Source: Oscillospiraceae bacterium
GTDB lineage: Bacteria > Bacillota > Clostridia > Oscillospirales > SIG627
DNA length: 64,000 nucleotides
Reading direction: 5' to 3'
Assembly: GCA_015065265.1 (NCBI GenBank)
Contig: SVQQ01000001.1
Span: forward strand, 137,146 to 201,145
Part shown: in pieces, positions 18,400 through 28,800 of the stretch
Layout of the letters: the number at the start of each line of letters is the position of its first letter
How positions within the stretch are numbered: position 1 is the stretch's first letter
The notes under the pieces: generated by a model
Told to the model about the DNA's origin: nothing
Seen by the model: only the letters and a program-made list of their open reading frames with translations
Databases searched by the model: none
Position numbers and translations under genes: made by a program

Positions 18400-19215
18400 T
18401 TGTCTGTATTCAGGATAGAAAAAACAAAAGATTATACGGTTATGTCAAACCACCATTTGAGGAATAAAAATCTGTCGCTAAAAGCAAAAGGTCTGTTGTC
18501 GCAGATGCTGTCCTTGAACGACGATTGGGACTTTTCTTTAAAAGGACTTGCCTACATCAATAAAGAGGGCATAGACGCAATCAGAGAGGCTGTCAGAGAG
18601 CTTGAGCGAGAAGGTTACATAGTAAGAGGTCGTGCAAGAAACTCAAAGGGACAGCTTTCGGGAAACGAGTATGTCATTTATGAGTGTCCGCAGACTGTCC
18701 AACCTACATTGGAAAAACCTACGTTGGGAAATCCAACGCTGGACAAACCTATATTGGATAACCCTATGTTGGAAAATCCAACGCAATTAAATACTAATAC
18801 ACAAAATACTGATTCATCAAGTACTGATGTATCAAATATCGAATCACATCCTATTCCTGCCGAGAATGATGTTGAACACAACCGTGATGTGATAAAGGAG
18901 AATATCGAGTACGAATATCTTTGTAAAAATCACCGCAAAGAACAGCTTGACGAAATTGTGGATATTCTCACAGAAACAGTCTCCGGCACAACCGAAACTG
19001 TCCGTATATCTGGCAACGAATATACAAGAGATTTTGTAAAAGATAAGCTTCTGAAACTTCGCTCAGAGCATATTGAGTATGTTCTCGACTGTCTAAAAAA
19101 GAACTCTACAAAAATACGAAACATAAGACAGTATCTCCTTGCAAGCCTTTTCAACGCTCCTTCAACTATTGACAACTACTATGAGGCGGAAGTTAGGCAT
19201 GACTTAATTTTTTAA
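18400..19215 (+). CDS. HTH replication-initiator-like / DnaD-like protein of mobile elements
   Basis: TTG start with RBS AAGGAGG. The N-terminus (YTVMSNHHLRNKNLSLKAKGLLSQMLSLNDDWDFSLKGLAYINKEGIDAIREAVRELEREGYI) matches the winged-helix 'phage/plasmid replication' family seen in Firmicutes MGEs. Internal 15-bp coding repeats give (K/N)P(T/I/M)L(E/G/D) x5. Confidence 0.65.
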   Translation: MSVFRIEKTKDYTVMSNHHLRNKNLSLKAKGLLSQMLSLNDDWDFSLKGLAYINKEGIDAIREAVRELEREGYIVRGRARNSKGQLSGNEYVIYECPQTVQPTLEKPTLGNPTLDKPILDNPMLENPTQLNTNTQNTDSSSTDVSNIESHPIPAENDVEHNRDVIKENIEYEYLCKNHRKEQLDEIVDILTETVSGTTETVRISGNEYTRDFVKDKLLKLRSEHIEYVLDCLKKNSTKIRNIRQYLLASLFNAPSTIDNYYEAEVRHDLIF

Positions 19216-19331
19216 TACGCAATTACCATAATAATGTAAATCATTGACGACTCACAGATACAAAGAAGAATGAGATTTTTGAGATATGGTAAAATATATA
19301 CAGTAAACCAAAACAAAGGAGTTGTCAAACA

Positions 19332-20171
19332 ATGAAAAAAATCACTGAAAAACTTATTAAAAACTTTAGAAATTATCTGATAAACGAAGAGAAGAGCGAC
19401 GCCACGCTTGAAAAGTATATCCGTGATATATGTGCTTTTCTCGCTTGGCTCTGCGGTAGAGGTGTGGATAAACAGACAGTTCTCGAATATAAGGCGTATC
19501 TTATAGAGAACTACAAGCCTACAAGTGTAAATTCTGTTCTGTCCTCTCTCAACAGTTTTTTCACTTTTAACGAATGGTACGATTGTAAAGTTAAATCCTT
19601 AAAGATTCAAAAGCAGATATTTGCTTCCAAAGACAAAGAACTCACCAAAGCCGAGTATGAACGACTACTTGATGCGGCGAAGTCTAAAAAGAATGAGCGG
19701 CTTTACCTATTGATGCAGACTATATGTTCAACTGGTATCCGTGTGTCTGAGCTTCGTTTTGTGACGGTAGCCGCCGTTAATACAGGAGTTGCCAACATCA
19801 ACTGCAAAGGAAAACTCAGACAGGTGTTCTTGCCAAAAGCACTGTGCAAAGTTCTTACACGGTATATACGAGAGCAAAAAATAACAAGTGGCTCCGTGTT
19901 CGTATCCCGAACAGGTAAACCGCTTGACAGAAGCAATATATGGTTTGATATGAAAAAGCTTTGCGAATCCGCTGGGGTTTCAAAGGATAAAGTGTTTCCT
20001 CACAATCTCCGCCATCTTTTCGCTCGCACTTACTATTCGCTTCAGAAAGATATCGTAAGGCTTGCTGATATTCTCGGACATTCCAGTGTGAATACTACGA
20101 GAATTTATACGATGGAAACGGGTGAAGTGCATAAGAGGCAGATTGAAAAGCTGGGACTGCTAAAATGCTAA
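19332..20171 (+). CDS. XerC/XerD-like tyrosine recombinase (candidate invertase for the adjacent switch)
   Basis: 279 aa. It has an N-terminal SAM-like core-binding domain. Catalytic residues lie in STGIRVSEL (R), HNLRHLFA (H-x-x-R) and LGHSSVNTTRIYT (H...Y). Confidence 0.9.
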   Translation: MKKITEKLIKNFRNYLINEEKSDATLEKYIRDICAFLAWLCGRGVDKQTVLEYKAYLIENYKPTSVNSVLSSLNSFFTFNEWYDCKVKSLKIQKQIFASKDKELTKAEYERLLDAAKSKKNERLYLLMQTICSTGIRVSELRFVTVAAVNTGVANINCKGKLRQVFLPKALCKVLTRYIREQKITSGSVFVSRTGKPLDRSNIWFDMKKLCESAGVSKDKVFPHNLRHLFARTYYSLQKDIVRLADILGHSSVNTTRIYTMETGEVHKRQIEKLGLLKC

Positions 20172-20264
20172 AGTGACATAATTCCTATTATGTGGTATTA
20201 ATAACAGCAAAAATCAACTCGAATCTATACAAAATCAATAGAAATAAAAATTTACAGCACGAAA

Positions 20265-20306
20265 AGACCAATGAAAAATTTTAAAGTTACATTGGTCTGT
20301 TTTGTT
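20265..20306 (+). terminator. hairpin terminator inside the invertible segment
   Basis: Stem AGACCAATG (20265-20273) / CATTGGTCT (20290-20298), followed by GTTTTGTT. Confidence 0.6.
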
Positions 20307-20349
20307 ATGCCTTAATTTGTAAAAAGTTTGTGTAATATTATGTAAATCA

Positions 20350-20378
20350 TTGACTTAAAACGCATTTTGTGGTATGAT
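20350..20378 (+). promoter_or_regulatory. sigma-A type promoter inside the invertible segment (currently ON-oriented toward 20463)
   Basis: TTGACT (20350-20355), a 17-nt spacer, TG-n-TATGAT (-10 at 20373-20378). Confidence 0.65.
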
Positions 20379-20462
20379 AAACAAATAAAGTTATATTTAT
20401 ATTGCCTACAACAAAATGACAATACCACATAATAGGAATTACGTAATGGAAAGGATGTATCT

Positions 20463-21041
20463 ATGAGAAAAGACGAATATATGATGCTGCGTGAAGAAAT
20501 GATGTTTAATCAAAAACGCCAGGATAGCATAACGCAGTTTACATATACAACAACTGTTGCAATATGGGCAGCCGCCTTAACAGTAAACAATGCCTGGATT
20601 GTTTACTCGTCATTGTTTATGATTTTGTTAATGACTATGAGAATATCTAATTGTAGAAGGTGTATTGCTTTTTTAGCAGGATATATGAAAGTAGCATTAG
20701 AACCCGATTTGGATTTACAATGGGAAACAAAAAGCTTTGATTATTATGAAATAAACAAAAGAACCACTTCTGAATGGCTATTATATGTGGGTTCAAAATT
20801 CGATTTTCCAATACTTAGCATTATAAGTTCACTATTGTTTTGGGGGCTTCGAGATTGGAAATTTATGATATATAATTCCGTGCTTTTGTCGCACATCACT
20901 TTATTTATTCAAATATTTATTATAGTTTTTGAAATGCTTTTATACTTCAAGTATTCAAGTGTTGCAACAATAAAGAAAAAACTGATTAAGAACTGGGAGA
21001 TTGTTCAAAAAAATGAAAAAGAATTTAGTTGCATTAAGTAA
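20463..21041 (+). CDS. small polytopic membrane protein, unknown function (first gene downstream of the switch)
   Basis: 192 aa with about 4 hydrophobic segments (TTTVAIWAAALTV, IVYSSLFMILLMTM, FPILSIISSLLFWGL, LSHITLFIQIFIIVFEMLLYF). It overlaps the next gene. Confidence 0.6.
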   Translation: MRKDEYMMLREEMMFNQKRQDSITQFTYTTTVAIWAAALTVNNAWIVYSSLFMILLMTMRISNCRRCIAFLAGYMKVALEPDLDLQWETKSFDYYEINKRTTSEWLLYVGSKFDFPILSIISSLLFWGLRDWKFMIYNSVLLSHITLFIQIFIIVFEMLLYFKYSSVATIKKKLIKNWEIVQKNEKEFSCIK

Positions 21042-24000
21042 AGTATATGATGTGTGGCACAAAAGAGTTTTGTCACTATTGTTGGCTGTAGTTATGGTTG
21101 TTGGTATGATTCCAATTATATCGTTGCCTGTTAGTGCAGCAAGTATTGATGTGTTAAGGGAAAAATATCCCGATGGAAGATATTGGAATGGGGGTGATCC
21201 TTATAAAACAACATCTTCCCCATGTACTCATCACAAAAACTGCAGGGTATCTGGCGGATGTGGATGTAACGCATATACATACAATGGTTCAGGATATGCA
21301 ATTCAATGCATGGGTTTTGCATACCATTTACAGCAAGAAATATATGGAGGACATCCTTATAGTTGGGCTGAAAATAGAAACTATGATTCAGCAATGACAA
21401 AACTAGCTTCTGGAGATGTTATAAGATATGGAGGGCATAGTGTTTTTGTTGTATCTGTTTCTGGTGACACCGTTATAATTGCCGATTGCAACAGATATAA
21501 TGGCGAGTGCAAAATTCGATGGGATGTTCCATATAAAAAAAGTGATTTCAAAAGCTCTTTTCAATATGTAACACATGGTCTTTATGATGCAGGCGGAACA
21601 TATGTGCCTGCACCAGCACCTACACCCAACCACAGTTGCGGTAGTTGTGTTTCTATAAACAAAACTGGTTCTGTCACCGCTGCGGTTAATATAAGAACGA
21701 GTCCTAGTACATCAGGAACTCTTATTGGTGAGTTTAGCACAGGAACGAGCGTAACAATTAGTGCAAAATGCGGAAATTGGTATCTTGTTAAAAATTCAGG
21801 AGGAACAAGCGGCTGGGCTCATGCAAATTATATTAAGGTAAAGGAAAGCACAAGTTCAGGACACGAGTGTAGCAATTGCGTTTCAGTAAACAAAAGTGGA
21901 ATTGTTAAAGCTGATGTGAATGTAAGAAGCGGACCGGGTACTTCATACACATTTCTTTTTGAGTATTATACAGGAACAGATTTGAGCATCTCTGTGGAAT
22001 GTAACGGATGGTATTTTGTCAGCGATGCCGGAGGCAATTCTGGATGGGTTGCAGGAAATTTTGTCAAAGTTGATTCAACTCATTATCACGATTATGTCTG
22101 GAATTACGAAGCTGCTCACCCACACAGAGAATATGTAAAGTGTTCGTGTGGAGACTACGAATATACTGGTGAAAACTACTTTGATAAAATTTATTCAACG
22201 GAAAACGAGTATGCACATCCACATAACGAATATAAAATTTGCGGTATTTGCGGACAAACAGAATATACAGGTGCAACAAGATATGTAGATAGCTGTACAA
22301 CTTGTAATCCACCCCATACACACAGTTATACAGCCTACCATGAAGGTGTGCACCCGCACAGAGAATATATGAAGTGTTCTTGTGGAGACTATTACTATCT
22401 TGACTCATATTACTATGATAGTAGCTGTACAACCTGTAATCCGCCACATACACACAGTTACACGACATATCACGATGCTACGCATCCTCACAGAGAATAT
22501 AAAAAGTGCTCATGTGGAGACTCTTATTATCTTGATTCCTATTACTACGATAGTGGTTGTACAACCTGTAATCCACCCAAGTACACCATAACGTTTGATG
22601 CTAACGGTGGTAATTGGAGTGGAGGAAATCTCATCAAAACGCACGATGTGAATGTGACCATTCCCAATGCTTACCCCACCAGAACCGGATATACGTTCCG
22701 AGGGTGGTCCACAAGTCGAAATGGGACTATTGCGTATTTTGGCGGGGAGACATATACAACAAACAGCAGTATCACCCTTTATGCTGTATGGAAAGCAAAT
22801 ACATATACTATCAAGTATAACGCTAATGGTGGCAGTGGAAGTATGTCAAATTCATCTCATACATATGATACTGCCAAGGAACTTACTGCAAATACATTTA
22901 CAAGAACTGGATACACTTTTAAGGGCTGGTCGACAAGTTCTTCTGCAACAAGTGCAACATATACAGATAAACAGTCTGTTAAGAATCTTACGTCAACGAA
23001 TAGTGGCACTGTAAATTTGTATGCAGTATGGCAGGCAAATACATACACCATTACCTATAATGCAAATGGCGGTAGTGGTACTATGTCTAATTCGAGCCAT
23101 ACATATGATGTCGAGAAGAAACTTACATCTAATGCGTATGCGAGAGCTGGATATCATTTCAAAGGATGGTCAACAAGTGCGTCGGGTACGGTGGTATATA
23201 CAGATGAACATATGGTAAAAAATCTTTCCAGTGTAGCTAGCGGTAATGTGACTCTGTATGCCGTTTGGGAACCAAATACATATGTTGTTGATTTTTTTGA
23301 CGGTGATGAAAAGTGTCATTCAAAAACGGTTACTTATGGCCTGGAATACGGGGCACTTCCGAACAAATACAGTTCCATTGGCGAATTTTTAGGTTGGTAC
23401 ACGGATAAAAATGCCGGCGAAAAAGTTACAAAGGATACCATAGTAACAGCGCTGTCAGATCATAAATTGTATGCTAGGTGGCATATTCGTGTGGCCAATG
23501 TAACAATTAACAATACATATGCTTCGCTTGAATTGGGCGACACAACACAACTTGTTGTAGGATTTATTCCTAGTAACGCAACAAATAAAGAGGTGATTTG
23601 GACCTCCTCAAACGAAAATGTTGCTACAGTTACAAAAGATGGGTTAGTTAAAACTCTTTCAAGAGGAACGGCAATAATAACTGCAACAACAGTTGACGGT
23701 GGTTTTACAATTACATCTACTATCGAAGTATATGGCACTACCGTCACATATGATACAGACGGTGGAAGCAATTGCCCGCCAAAGCAAATTAAACAACCAA
23801 ACGTTCCACTTCGTGTTACAGATATTATTCCTGAGAAAAAAGGATTTATATTTAGCGAATGGCATTATATTTACTACGAAGGCTCTACCCAAATTATCAT
23901 AGGATATCGTCCAGGAGAAGTTATAAAACAAACAGGGGATATTGTACTTGTGGCAAGCTACTCGTCTAAGGAATATACAGTGCATTTTGATTCTGCTGGT

Positions 24001-25728
24001 GGAACATCATCTGTATCTGAAGCTACTGTGAGGTATTATTATCGCTATAAAAATCTTCCGACGGCGACGAAAGAAGGATATAAGTTTATGGGGTGGTTCA
24101 CACAACCTGTAGGAGGAGAAGAGATTACAGAAAAGTCCTATGTATTAATTGCTGAGGACCATACGCTGTATGCACAGTGGGAGCCTATAACATATACAGT
24201 TAAGTACAACGCCAACGGTGGAAGTGGAACAATGTCAACTTCTTCTCACACTTACGACGTCGAGAAAACTTTGTCGGTCAATGCTTTTACAAGAAGCGGA
24301 TATACCTTCCTTGGTTGGTCAACTGATCCTTCAGCAACAAGTGCTACATATACTGACAAACAATCTGTAAAGAATCTTACATCAACAAATAATGGTTCAG
24401 TTACTCTGTATGCTATATGGAAAGAAGAAAACCAAGAAACATATCAAATTGAAATTTGGGTTACTGACGGTGATAATACAGAAGAAATTATGTTGACAAA
24501 AAAGAAGGGAGATATAATAAATCTCAGTGATTACAAACCGAAACAGACAGGATACACTTTTATTGCTTGGGTTGATTTAAGTACTAATGAAAGTTACTCT
24601 GCTAATGATAAATTTGTTGTAACACGAGATACGCTTCTCGTATCCGGTATGCAAGCAAATTCCTATATTGTTTATTTCGATGCAAACGGAGGCGTTGTAA
24701 CTGAAGATCTAAAATCCGTTAAATTTGATTCGGCATATAGCCAACTTCCAACACCTACAAGAAACGGGTACACATTCGAAGGTTGGTTTACAGAACAAAA
24801 TGGCGGAGAGAGAATAACAGCCGACACAGTAGTTAAAACACCCACAAATCACACTATATATGCTCATTGGAGTCAAGATGTTCAAATCATTTCTCCATCT
24901 GCAGTATCTCTTAATAAAACAAGCACTACGCTAACAGTTGGAGATACAGAAACCCTTACAGCAACAGTAACTCCAAGCAACGTAACAAACAAAACTGTTA
25001 CTTGGATTTCATCAAATACAAATGTTGCAAGCGTTTCAAATGGTGTTGTTACAGCAAAAGCGGCAGGTACAGCCACAATTACTGTAAAGACCGCAGATGG
25101 AAACAAAACAGCAACTTGCGTTGTTACAGTAAATGCTATTGATGAAGATATGCCGTCTCTTAAAATTGACGATATTACTGTGGCACCGAGCGAAGATTTT
25201 TATGTAGATATTGTGGCTGAAAACTGCGACTCAGTTAAGGCAATAACTGTGAATGATATTGAATACAGCGAATCTTTAACATTAACAAATGCAGAATGGT
25301 TATTGTCAGGTTCTACACTCAGTTCTGTCGACATAAACGGAGATTCGCTTATTGCTTTCCAGAACGCAGTTGATGCAAACAAAGCTGTTATGCGACTGTA
25401 TTTTACTGCAGACAGCGAGGAAACAGATGGAGATGCTTACATCCGTTACAAAGCGATGGGAACTGATGCATCTAATAAAAACTTCGACTTTGTTGAGTAT
25501 GAAGGCAAAGTAACCATTAGAAGTTTCATTATTGGTGATTGCGACGGTGATGAGGAAATCACAGTAGATGATGCGATTTATCTTGCATTCTATACATTCT
25601 ATCCGAGCAGATATCCTCTTCCAACCGGTATGAATGTAGATTTTGACAAAGACGGAGCAATCACAGTAGATGATGCGATACACCTTGCTTTCCACACATT
25701 CTACCCGGATAGATATCCATTAAATTAA
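21013..25728 (+). CDS. giant secreted protein: CHAP-like cysteine amidase/peptidase, 2x SH3b, Cys/His-rich repeats, ~10 Listeria-Bacteroides (Flg_new) repeats, 2x Big_2, cohesin-like module, C-terminal dockerin
   Basis: Signal peptide (LLLAVVMVVGMIPIISLPVSA). CHAP-like Cys/His motifs (YAIQCMGFAY ... YGGHSVFVV). SH3b units (VNIRTSPSTSGT..GNWYLV; VNVRSGPGTSYT..NGWYFV). Repeats of the form YTITFDANGG...GYTFxGWST...LYAVW. Big_2 units (LxVGDTxxLxATVxPSNxTNKxVTWxSSN). Dockerin F-hand pair DCDGDEEITVDDAIYLAF / DFDKDGAITVDDAIHLAF. The start is taken as ATG 21013; the track ORF starts at TTG 21001. Confidence 0.85.
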   Translation: MKKNLVALSKVYDVWHKRVLSLLLAVVMVVGMIPIISLPVSAASIDVLREKYPDGRYWNGGDPYKTTSSPCTHHKNCRVSGGCGCNAYTYNGSGYAIQCMGFAYHLQQEIYGGHPYSWAENRNYDSAMTKLASGDVIRYGGHSVFVVSVSGDTVIIADCNRYNGECKIRWDVPYKKSDFKSSFQYVTHGLYDAGGTYVPAPAPTPNHSCGSCVSINKTGSVTAAVNIRTSPSTSGTLIGEFSTGTSVTISAKCGNWYLVKNSGGTSGWAHANYIKVKESTSSGHECSNCVSVNKSGIVKADVNVRSGPGTSYTFLFEYYTGTDLSISVECNGWYFVSDAGGNSGWVAGNFVKVDSTHYHDYVWNYEAAHPHREYVKCSCGDYEYTGENYFDKIYSTENEYAHPHNEYKICGICGQTEYTGATRYVDSCTTCNPPHTHSYTAYHEGVHPHREYMKCSCGDYYYLDSYYYDSSCTTCNPPHTHSYTTYHDATHPHREYKKCSCGDSYYLDSYYYDSGCTTCNPPKYTITFDANGGNWSGGNLIKTHDVNVTIPNAYPTRTGYTFRGWSTSRNGTIAYFGGETYTTNSSITLYAVWKANTYTIKYNANGGSGSMSNSSHTYDTAKELTANTFTRTGYTFKGWSTSSSATSATYTDKQSVKNLTSTNSGTVNLYAVWQANTYTITYNANGGSGTMSNSSHTYDVEKKLTSNAYARAGYHFKGWSTSASGTVVYTDEHMVKNLSSVASGNVTLYAVWEPNTYVVDFFDGDEKCHSKTVTYGLEYGALPNKYSSIGEFLGWYTDKNAGEKVTKDTIVTALSDHKLYARWHIRVANVTINNTYASLELGDTTQLVVGFIPSNATNKEVIWTSSNENVATVTKDGLVKTLSRGTAIITATTVDGGFTITSTIEVYGTTVTYDTDGGSNCPPKQIKQPNVPLRVTDIIPEKKGFIFSEWHYIYYEGSTQIIIGYRPGEVIKQTGDIVLVASYSSKEYTVHFDSAGGTSSVSEATVRYYYRYKNLPTATKEGYKFMGWFTQPVGGEEITEKSYVLIAEDHTLYAQWEPITYTVKYNANGGSGTMSTSSHTYDVEKTLSVNAFTRSGYTFLGWSTDPSATSATYTDKQSVKNLTSTNNGSVTLYAIWKEENQETYQIEIWVTDGDNTEEIMLTKKKGDIINLSDYKPKQTGYTFIAWVDLSTNESYSANDKFVVTRDTLLVSGMQANSYIVYFDANGGVVTEDLKSVKFDSAYSQLPTPTRNGYTFEGWFTEQNGGERITADTVVKTPTNHTIYAHWSQDVQIISPSAVSLNKTSTTLTVGDTETLTATVTPSNVTNKTVTWISSNTNVASVSNGVVTAKAAGTATITVKTADGNKTATCVVTVNAIDEDMPSLKIDDITVAPSEDFYVDIVAENCDSVKAITVNDIEYSESLTLTNAEWLLSGSTLSSVDINGDSLIAFQNAVDANKAVMRLYFTADSEETDGDAYIRYKAMGTDASNKNFDFVEYEGKVTIRSFIIGDCDGDEEITVDDAIYLAFYTFYPSRYPLPTGMNVDFDKDGAITVDDAIHLAFHTFYPDRYPLN
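22294..22580 (+). repeat. 132-bp tandem coding repeat (about 2.2 copies; more diverged copies from ~22081) encoding a Cys/His/Tyr-rich 44-aa unit
   Basis: Units start at 22294, 22426 and 22558. The unit is CTTCNPPHTHSYT(A/T)YH(E/D)(G/A)(V/T)HPHREY(M/K)KCSCGD(Y/S)YYLDSYYYDS(S/G). Confidence 0.85.
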
Positions 25729-25760
25729 AAGATTGGAGAATATATAAATGAAAAGATTTT
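25241..25760 (+). repeat. ~520-bp direct repeat, copy 1 (3' end of gene 21013-25728, the intergenic region, and the first 13 nt of a gene start)
   Basis: It reads identically to 28970-29489 (offset 3729). The encoded C-terminal residues and the reverse-strand track ORFs 25306-25695 / 29035-29424 are identical. Flanking homology with scattered mismatches extends upstream to about 25090 / 28820. Confidence 0.85.
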
Positions 25761-25848
25761 GGAGTTTGATAAAGCCAAATTCATCGTAAAAGAAGCATGT
25801 GTAGCTGAAAACAATTTATTTTAACAACAGATCAGGAGTTTAATAAAA

Positions 25849-28800
25849 ATGAAAAATAATTTTAAAAAACTGCTTGCTGCAATACTTGTTATAACTATGG
25901 TATTGCCGGGAATCACTGTTTTTGCAGATGATACAACTTATAGTTGTATGGAAACAAAGTACATATCTGTAGTTACTGGTAACGGAATTCTACTTTCTCC
26001 AAGTTTAACATTCAAATGTGATGCTGCCAAAGAATTTGGTTCCGATGGAATAAGCAATTATGCACCAATAATGCAATTAACAATTTATAACAATGACACC
26101 AAGGAAACTACTTACGCAAGAATTACGGGTACCGGTGCAAGTATTAGTAGTACATTAAAGCTTGAAGATAACTCTAGTTATATAGTAACTGTATCGTATA
26201 TATATGACGAATCCATCAATAAGAATGCTTTTAAAGTAGGCGGTGGTGATGGCTGGGCTGACGGCGACTGGTGGATATCTTCCACTAACAATATTAATAG
26301 TTACACTGTTTCATCAACTAAACCTTCCATAGAAACATCTGGCGGAACGGGAGATAATCAGGAAGATGAAGAGGATACACAACAAGAATCTAAGCCTTCG
26401 TATTATGCTACATGGAAAGATTTGCCATTAAATAAAACAGATACATATTATAAATATTACTTTGATCCTAGTGTAAATCCTTATTTCCCATATAATGCGC
26501 CTTACTCTCCTAACTATCCAAGTGAATACAAAAAGGATAGCGAGGGCGAGTATGTATATGGAAATTGCACATGGTATTGTTGGGCAAGAGCAAGCGAAAT
26601 GCTGGTAAGAAATGGAAAGAATCCGCTTACAAAAAGCCAACTTATAAGCAATCCGTCAGGTTGGTTTAATTGTGCAGGCGGATTGAGTTATGATAAAAAA
26701 ACATCTGCTGTTCCAAAAACAAACAGTATAGCAGTTTATCAGGGTCATGTAAGATACATCGAATATGCAGACAGCAATTATTTAATCTATTCAGAATCCG
26801 GATATCGTGATACTAATGATTATGATTATGACATGAAGACAACGGATCCGTTTAATGGTGGCAAACCTACCTGGCTATGCTACGGTGTTGGAACTGCAAC
26901 TAAAAACAGTTCCGGCAAATGGGTTTCAACTGGAAATTGGTCTTCTATATATGGTTTTGAGGTTGGAAGCGGAAGCGGAGATTCAAAACTGTTGGGGTAT
27001 ATTTATCTGAATGTAGATTCAATAAATGATGAAAATGCTCCCACTATAAATACAAACCTTGTTTCAAACTCATCTAAGAGCAGTTATACAACAGATGAAA
27101 ATGTTACCATAACATGGAATACTTATACGGGTGCGTCTTCTTACGGACTTACAATTTCTCGCAAGACAGGTTCTTCTTGGACATCGCGTGAAACAGTATA
27201 TGATAAAAACGGCTTGACTGGAAATTCTGTTAATATTGGTAAACTACCTGTAGGTGAATATCGCTTTAATATGGGTGCATACAGTAGCGGTGGTTCTCTT
27301 TTGGGAGATTATAGTGAACTTAAATATTTTACTGTAGTTGGTACATCTGGTGATGAGTCAAATGAAGACAGCACAGATCTTTACCCATATTCTTCTGCAT
27401 ATAAGAGCAGCAAATATTATACAGCATTAAACAATGTAGAGATGACTGGAGAAGAAGCTTCAGACCTCGTAAATGTTGCTTTGTCACAAGTTGGTTATCA
27501 TGAGGGTAACAGTACCTCAGAGCTTGATGGTTCAAACACTTCGGGAACTAACAATTATTCGGAATACGGATATTGGTTCGGAACACAGGTTAAAGGAAAT
27601 ACAACTGGGCATTTTTATGATTGGTGTGCTATGTTTGTAAGCTGGTGTGCAAGACATGCGGGAATATCAACAAGCACTATAAGCAATTCAGCATATGCTG
27701 GGGCAAGTAATGAAATCTATCACTTTTCAAACTTATCTTATTTCAGCAGAGGAAACGGGACACCTAAAAAAGGAGATTTAATATTTTTTGATAATCCAAA
27801 CGTGGATGGACAGTGGGATCATGTTGGAATTGTTGAATCTGTTACCTCTACACAAGTAAATACGATTGAGGGTAATGCTAACGAGCAGGTAAAAAGAAAA
27901 ACTTATAATTTGACCGATACATACATTCAGGGCTATGGAAGACCTAACTATAAGAATAGTTCTGTTGAAGATAGTACACAGTGGGGTGATTGGAGCGATT
28001 GGTCTACAACAAAACCTACTGCAAGCGATACTGTACAAGTGGAATCTAAAACACAGTATGGTTACTACCACTATATTTTACAATATTCAAATGGAAATTG
28101 TGGTGCATATCCTATTGATGCAACAACATTCAATAAAATTTTCCCAAGTTACCCCACAACACAAAAAGATTATCATACAAAATATTTTGATTCTCAATTA
28201 AGTAAAATTGATACGCTTACTTATAACGGCACAACATATAATTGTTATGCAAATACTTGCTGCCCTGATTCATATAACTATGACAATGGTTCAAATGCAA
28301 GTTATTTCTATAATCTTGGCACTCGCACTGTTTATCGCAGCAGAACAAAACTTTCAGAGACAATTTCTGTAAATAGTGTGACTTTAAATAAAAATTCGGT
28401 GACATTGGAAGTAGGAGCAACCGAATCTCTTACAGCCACAGTTAAACCAAGCAATGCAACAAACAAAGCAGTTACATGGACTTCATCAAATACAAGTGTT
28501 GCTAGCGTTTCAAACGGAGTTATTACAGCCAAAGCAGCAGGTACGGCTACAATTACTGTTAAAACCGCAGACGGCAACAAGACGGCTACTTGTACTGTCA
28601 CAGTGAAGACACCGACAGTTGCAGTAACAGGTGTTTCACTCAATAAGACTGCCACTACTCTGACAGTTGGAGGAACAGAAACTCTTATAGCGACAGTTGC
28701 ACCAAGCAACGCAACAAACAAAGCTATCACATGGACCTCATCAAATCCAAGTGTTGCTTCAGTTTCGAATGGTGTTATTACCGCAAAGGCGGCAGGTACA

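Larger units (their letters stand above)
20177..20443. promoter_or_regulatory. candidate invertible DNA switch: inverted repeats flanking a 221-bp terminator+promoter cassette
   Basis: IR-L TAATTCCTATTATGTGGTATT (20179-20199) is the perfect reverse complement of IR-R AATACCACATAATAGGAATTA (20421-20441). This extends to 24 bp with one mismatch. The interior holds a hairpin terminator (20265-20306) and a promoter (20350-20378) facing the downstream operon. Confidence 0.7.

Noticed and set aside
19219-19240. Possible third copy of the inversion site (GCAATTACCATAATAATG) upstream of the recombinase gene, which would allow inversion of the recombinase gene itself
   Set aside because: It aligns to the 21-bp repeat only with indels and several mismatches. 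The shared 15-mer ATGTAAATCATTGAC (19234-19248 / 20340-20354) is a direct repeat, not an inverted one, and looks like a duplicated promoter fragment.
25748-25789. 13-codon ORF (MKRFWSLIKPNSS*) after the first giant gene
   Set aside because: It is a relic of the scaffold-gene start carried along by the 520-bp duplication, not an independent gene.
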